From Okamejei kenojei (lineage: Eukaryota): a stretch of 64,000 nucleotides of DNA. A model generated the notes under the pieces. That model saw only the letters and a list, made by a program, of their open reading frames with translations. It made no database searches and was not told the origin of the DNA. Location: contig CM069168.1 of NCBI GenBank assembly GCA_035221665.1, positions 8,308,001 to 8,372,000 of the forward strand, in the 5' to 3' direction. Of the stretch, positions 62,159 to 64,000 are shown piece by piece; position 1 is the first letter of the stretch, and every line of letters begins with the position of its first letter. The translations under genes and the position numbers were made by a program.

Positions 62159-63467
62159 TTAGATGGGGCATCTTGTTTGGTTTAGATGAGTCGGGCCGAT
62201 GGTCTGTTAATGAAAAGGTGCAAAGGAATTGGAATTAGGTGACCTCAGAGAGGATGTGTTGGTCACATCATATTAAATGTTCTTATTAAATGGTGGAGCA
62301 GCCTTTTGGGGCTTCCTCCTGCATCAGGTTCATATGTTTGTTCGCTAGAATAGGCACAGTGAAATTTGAAGTGTCGGAGACCAGATGGCAAAGGGTTAAG
62401 ATGAGTAAGAAGGGATTTAAAGGGGATCTGAGGAAGTGTTTTGTTAATCCTGAGCGGGGTTGGGATCTGGATCACATTGCCTGAGGGGGTGGTGGAGGTA
62501 GAGACTCTCACAGTGTTTGCGTTCCTCAAACAAGGACAACCTCTTTCAGGTACCAGACGCCAAAACCACACGCTGTTTTCCAAATGAGGTGTCGCTAAAC
62601 TTCAACAGGACTTCAACAGGACTTCCTTGCTTTAGTATTCAAACTCCTTTTGCAATAAAGGTCAACATTGCCCTGGCCTTGCTAATTGCTTCCTGCAGCT
62701 ACGTCTTTACTTCCTGCTTTTAATGCACCCCTTGGTTTCTGTTTTCTTGTCGGTTCTGCCTGTCTGCTCTTCCTATCATTTGCCATTCCCTAGGTGAGAC
62801 TCTGGTTAACGCCGGCCTGCCTGCCTGCAACCTGTTAGGATCCCTTTGGTCCAGGCATTTTGCCCTGGGTTCCTGAAAAGTCACCTGCATCTTAGTTTAG
62901 TTTAGACATAGAGCATGGAGACAGGCACTTTGGCCCACCGAGTCAGTGCCGACCATCGATCGACCTGTACACTAGTTCTCGAGGGACAATTTACCAAGGC
63001 CAATTAGCCTACAAACCTGTACGTCTTTGAAGTGTGGGAGGTAACTGGAGCACCCGGAGAAAACCCATGCGGGAGAACGCATGGGAGAACGTTCAAATTC
63101 CGTACAGATAGCACCTGTAGTCAGGATCGAACCCGGGTCTCTGACACTGTAAAGGCAGCAACTCCACCTCAGCGCCACTGTGCTGCCCAAGATACAGAAT
63201 ACAATTTGTTCTAATGCAAATTTTATGCAAAGGAAAGTAAATACAGTAACACAATAATTTTTTCAACTGGCATTTCTTGGTGCATGTGGGGATGACACAT
63301 CTTTATGTTACAAAAATAAAATCACAATTTGAACCGTTACTGGGAATGCAGCTCTGCCCCGTAATGCTAGGAATGCCCCTAGTGTGTGGGGAGCGGATGA
63401 GAAAGCAGAATAACATAGAATTGGTGTGGTGGGTGATCAATGGCTTGGCGGCAGAGTTACTGCCTTA

Positions 63468-63874
63468 AGGGCCTGTCCCACTTTCACAACTTAATTCAAA
63501 ACCTCTACAGAGTTTAAGGAACTAAAAAAAAAATCAAGATTGTGGTAATCTACGAATTCCTTCGATCTTCCACAACTATGTTCACAAACTCCTACGAACT
63601 CCTACGAGTATGTCTACGAATTCCCACGACTATTTCGTAAAAAGTTGCAATTTCTTCCATCCCGACCATTTTCTCACTCGTGGACAATTTTTATCGGGCT
63701 GGAAAAAACGTCCCGACTTACCTGAGTACCTACGGCTGGCATAACGAGCCACTACGATATATCTACGAACTCCTACGACCTCCTATGGACTCGTTACGAA
63801 CATTCTGCGAGTTTGAATCAAGCGGAAAACTCGGGAGAAATCGTGAATTACCTCGTGAAAGTGGGACAGGCCCT
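63468..63874. mobile_element. PIF/Harbinger-type MITE inserted in a SINE head
   Basis: TIR agggcctgtcccactttcac / gtgaaagtgggacaggccct; flanks TTA/ATA; empty site reconstructs tgccttacagcgcc. Confidence 0.9.
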
Positions 63875-64000
63875 ATACAGCGCCAGAGACCAAGTTCAAT
63901 CCTGACTACGGGTGCTTGTCTGTACATTCCTCACGTGATGCGCGTGGGTTTTCTCCGAGATCTTCGGTTTCCTCCCACACGCCAAAGACATACAGGTGTA

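Overview
Eukaryotic, repeat-dominated vertebrate DNA. The repeat families (CR1-type LINEs, tRNA-headed SINEs with CR1-like tails, Deu-domain SINEs, Penelope ends) suggest a cartilaginous fish, probably a skate or ray; this is an inference. The only recognisable host-gene piece is the last coding exon of PEBP4 (+, 28956-29047), so the first ~29 kb is probably intron and the rest is 3' UTR and intergenic. Main elements: (1) a full-length but degenerate DIRS1-type tyrosine-recombinase retrotransposon (3076-7793, -) with ITRs, ICR and gag/RT/RNaseH/methyltransferase/YR domains; (2) two copies of a ~500-bp non-autonomous element apparently built from the two ends of a HERO (R2-group) LINE, whose 3' end carries hammerhead-ribozyme-like motifs in a non-standard order; (3) many Penelope-type minimal hammerhead motifs; (4) at least six PIF/Harbinger-type MITEs sharing one TIR; (5) a ~99%-identical 1-kb inverted duplication with one arm inside a MITE; (6) many nested CR1/Rex1/L1/Tx1/Penelope fragments; (7) an assembly gap at 57156-57762. 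Most ORFs in the supplied track are spurious or transposon-derived. Family names come from recognition, not database searches, and boundaries of old repeats are approximate.
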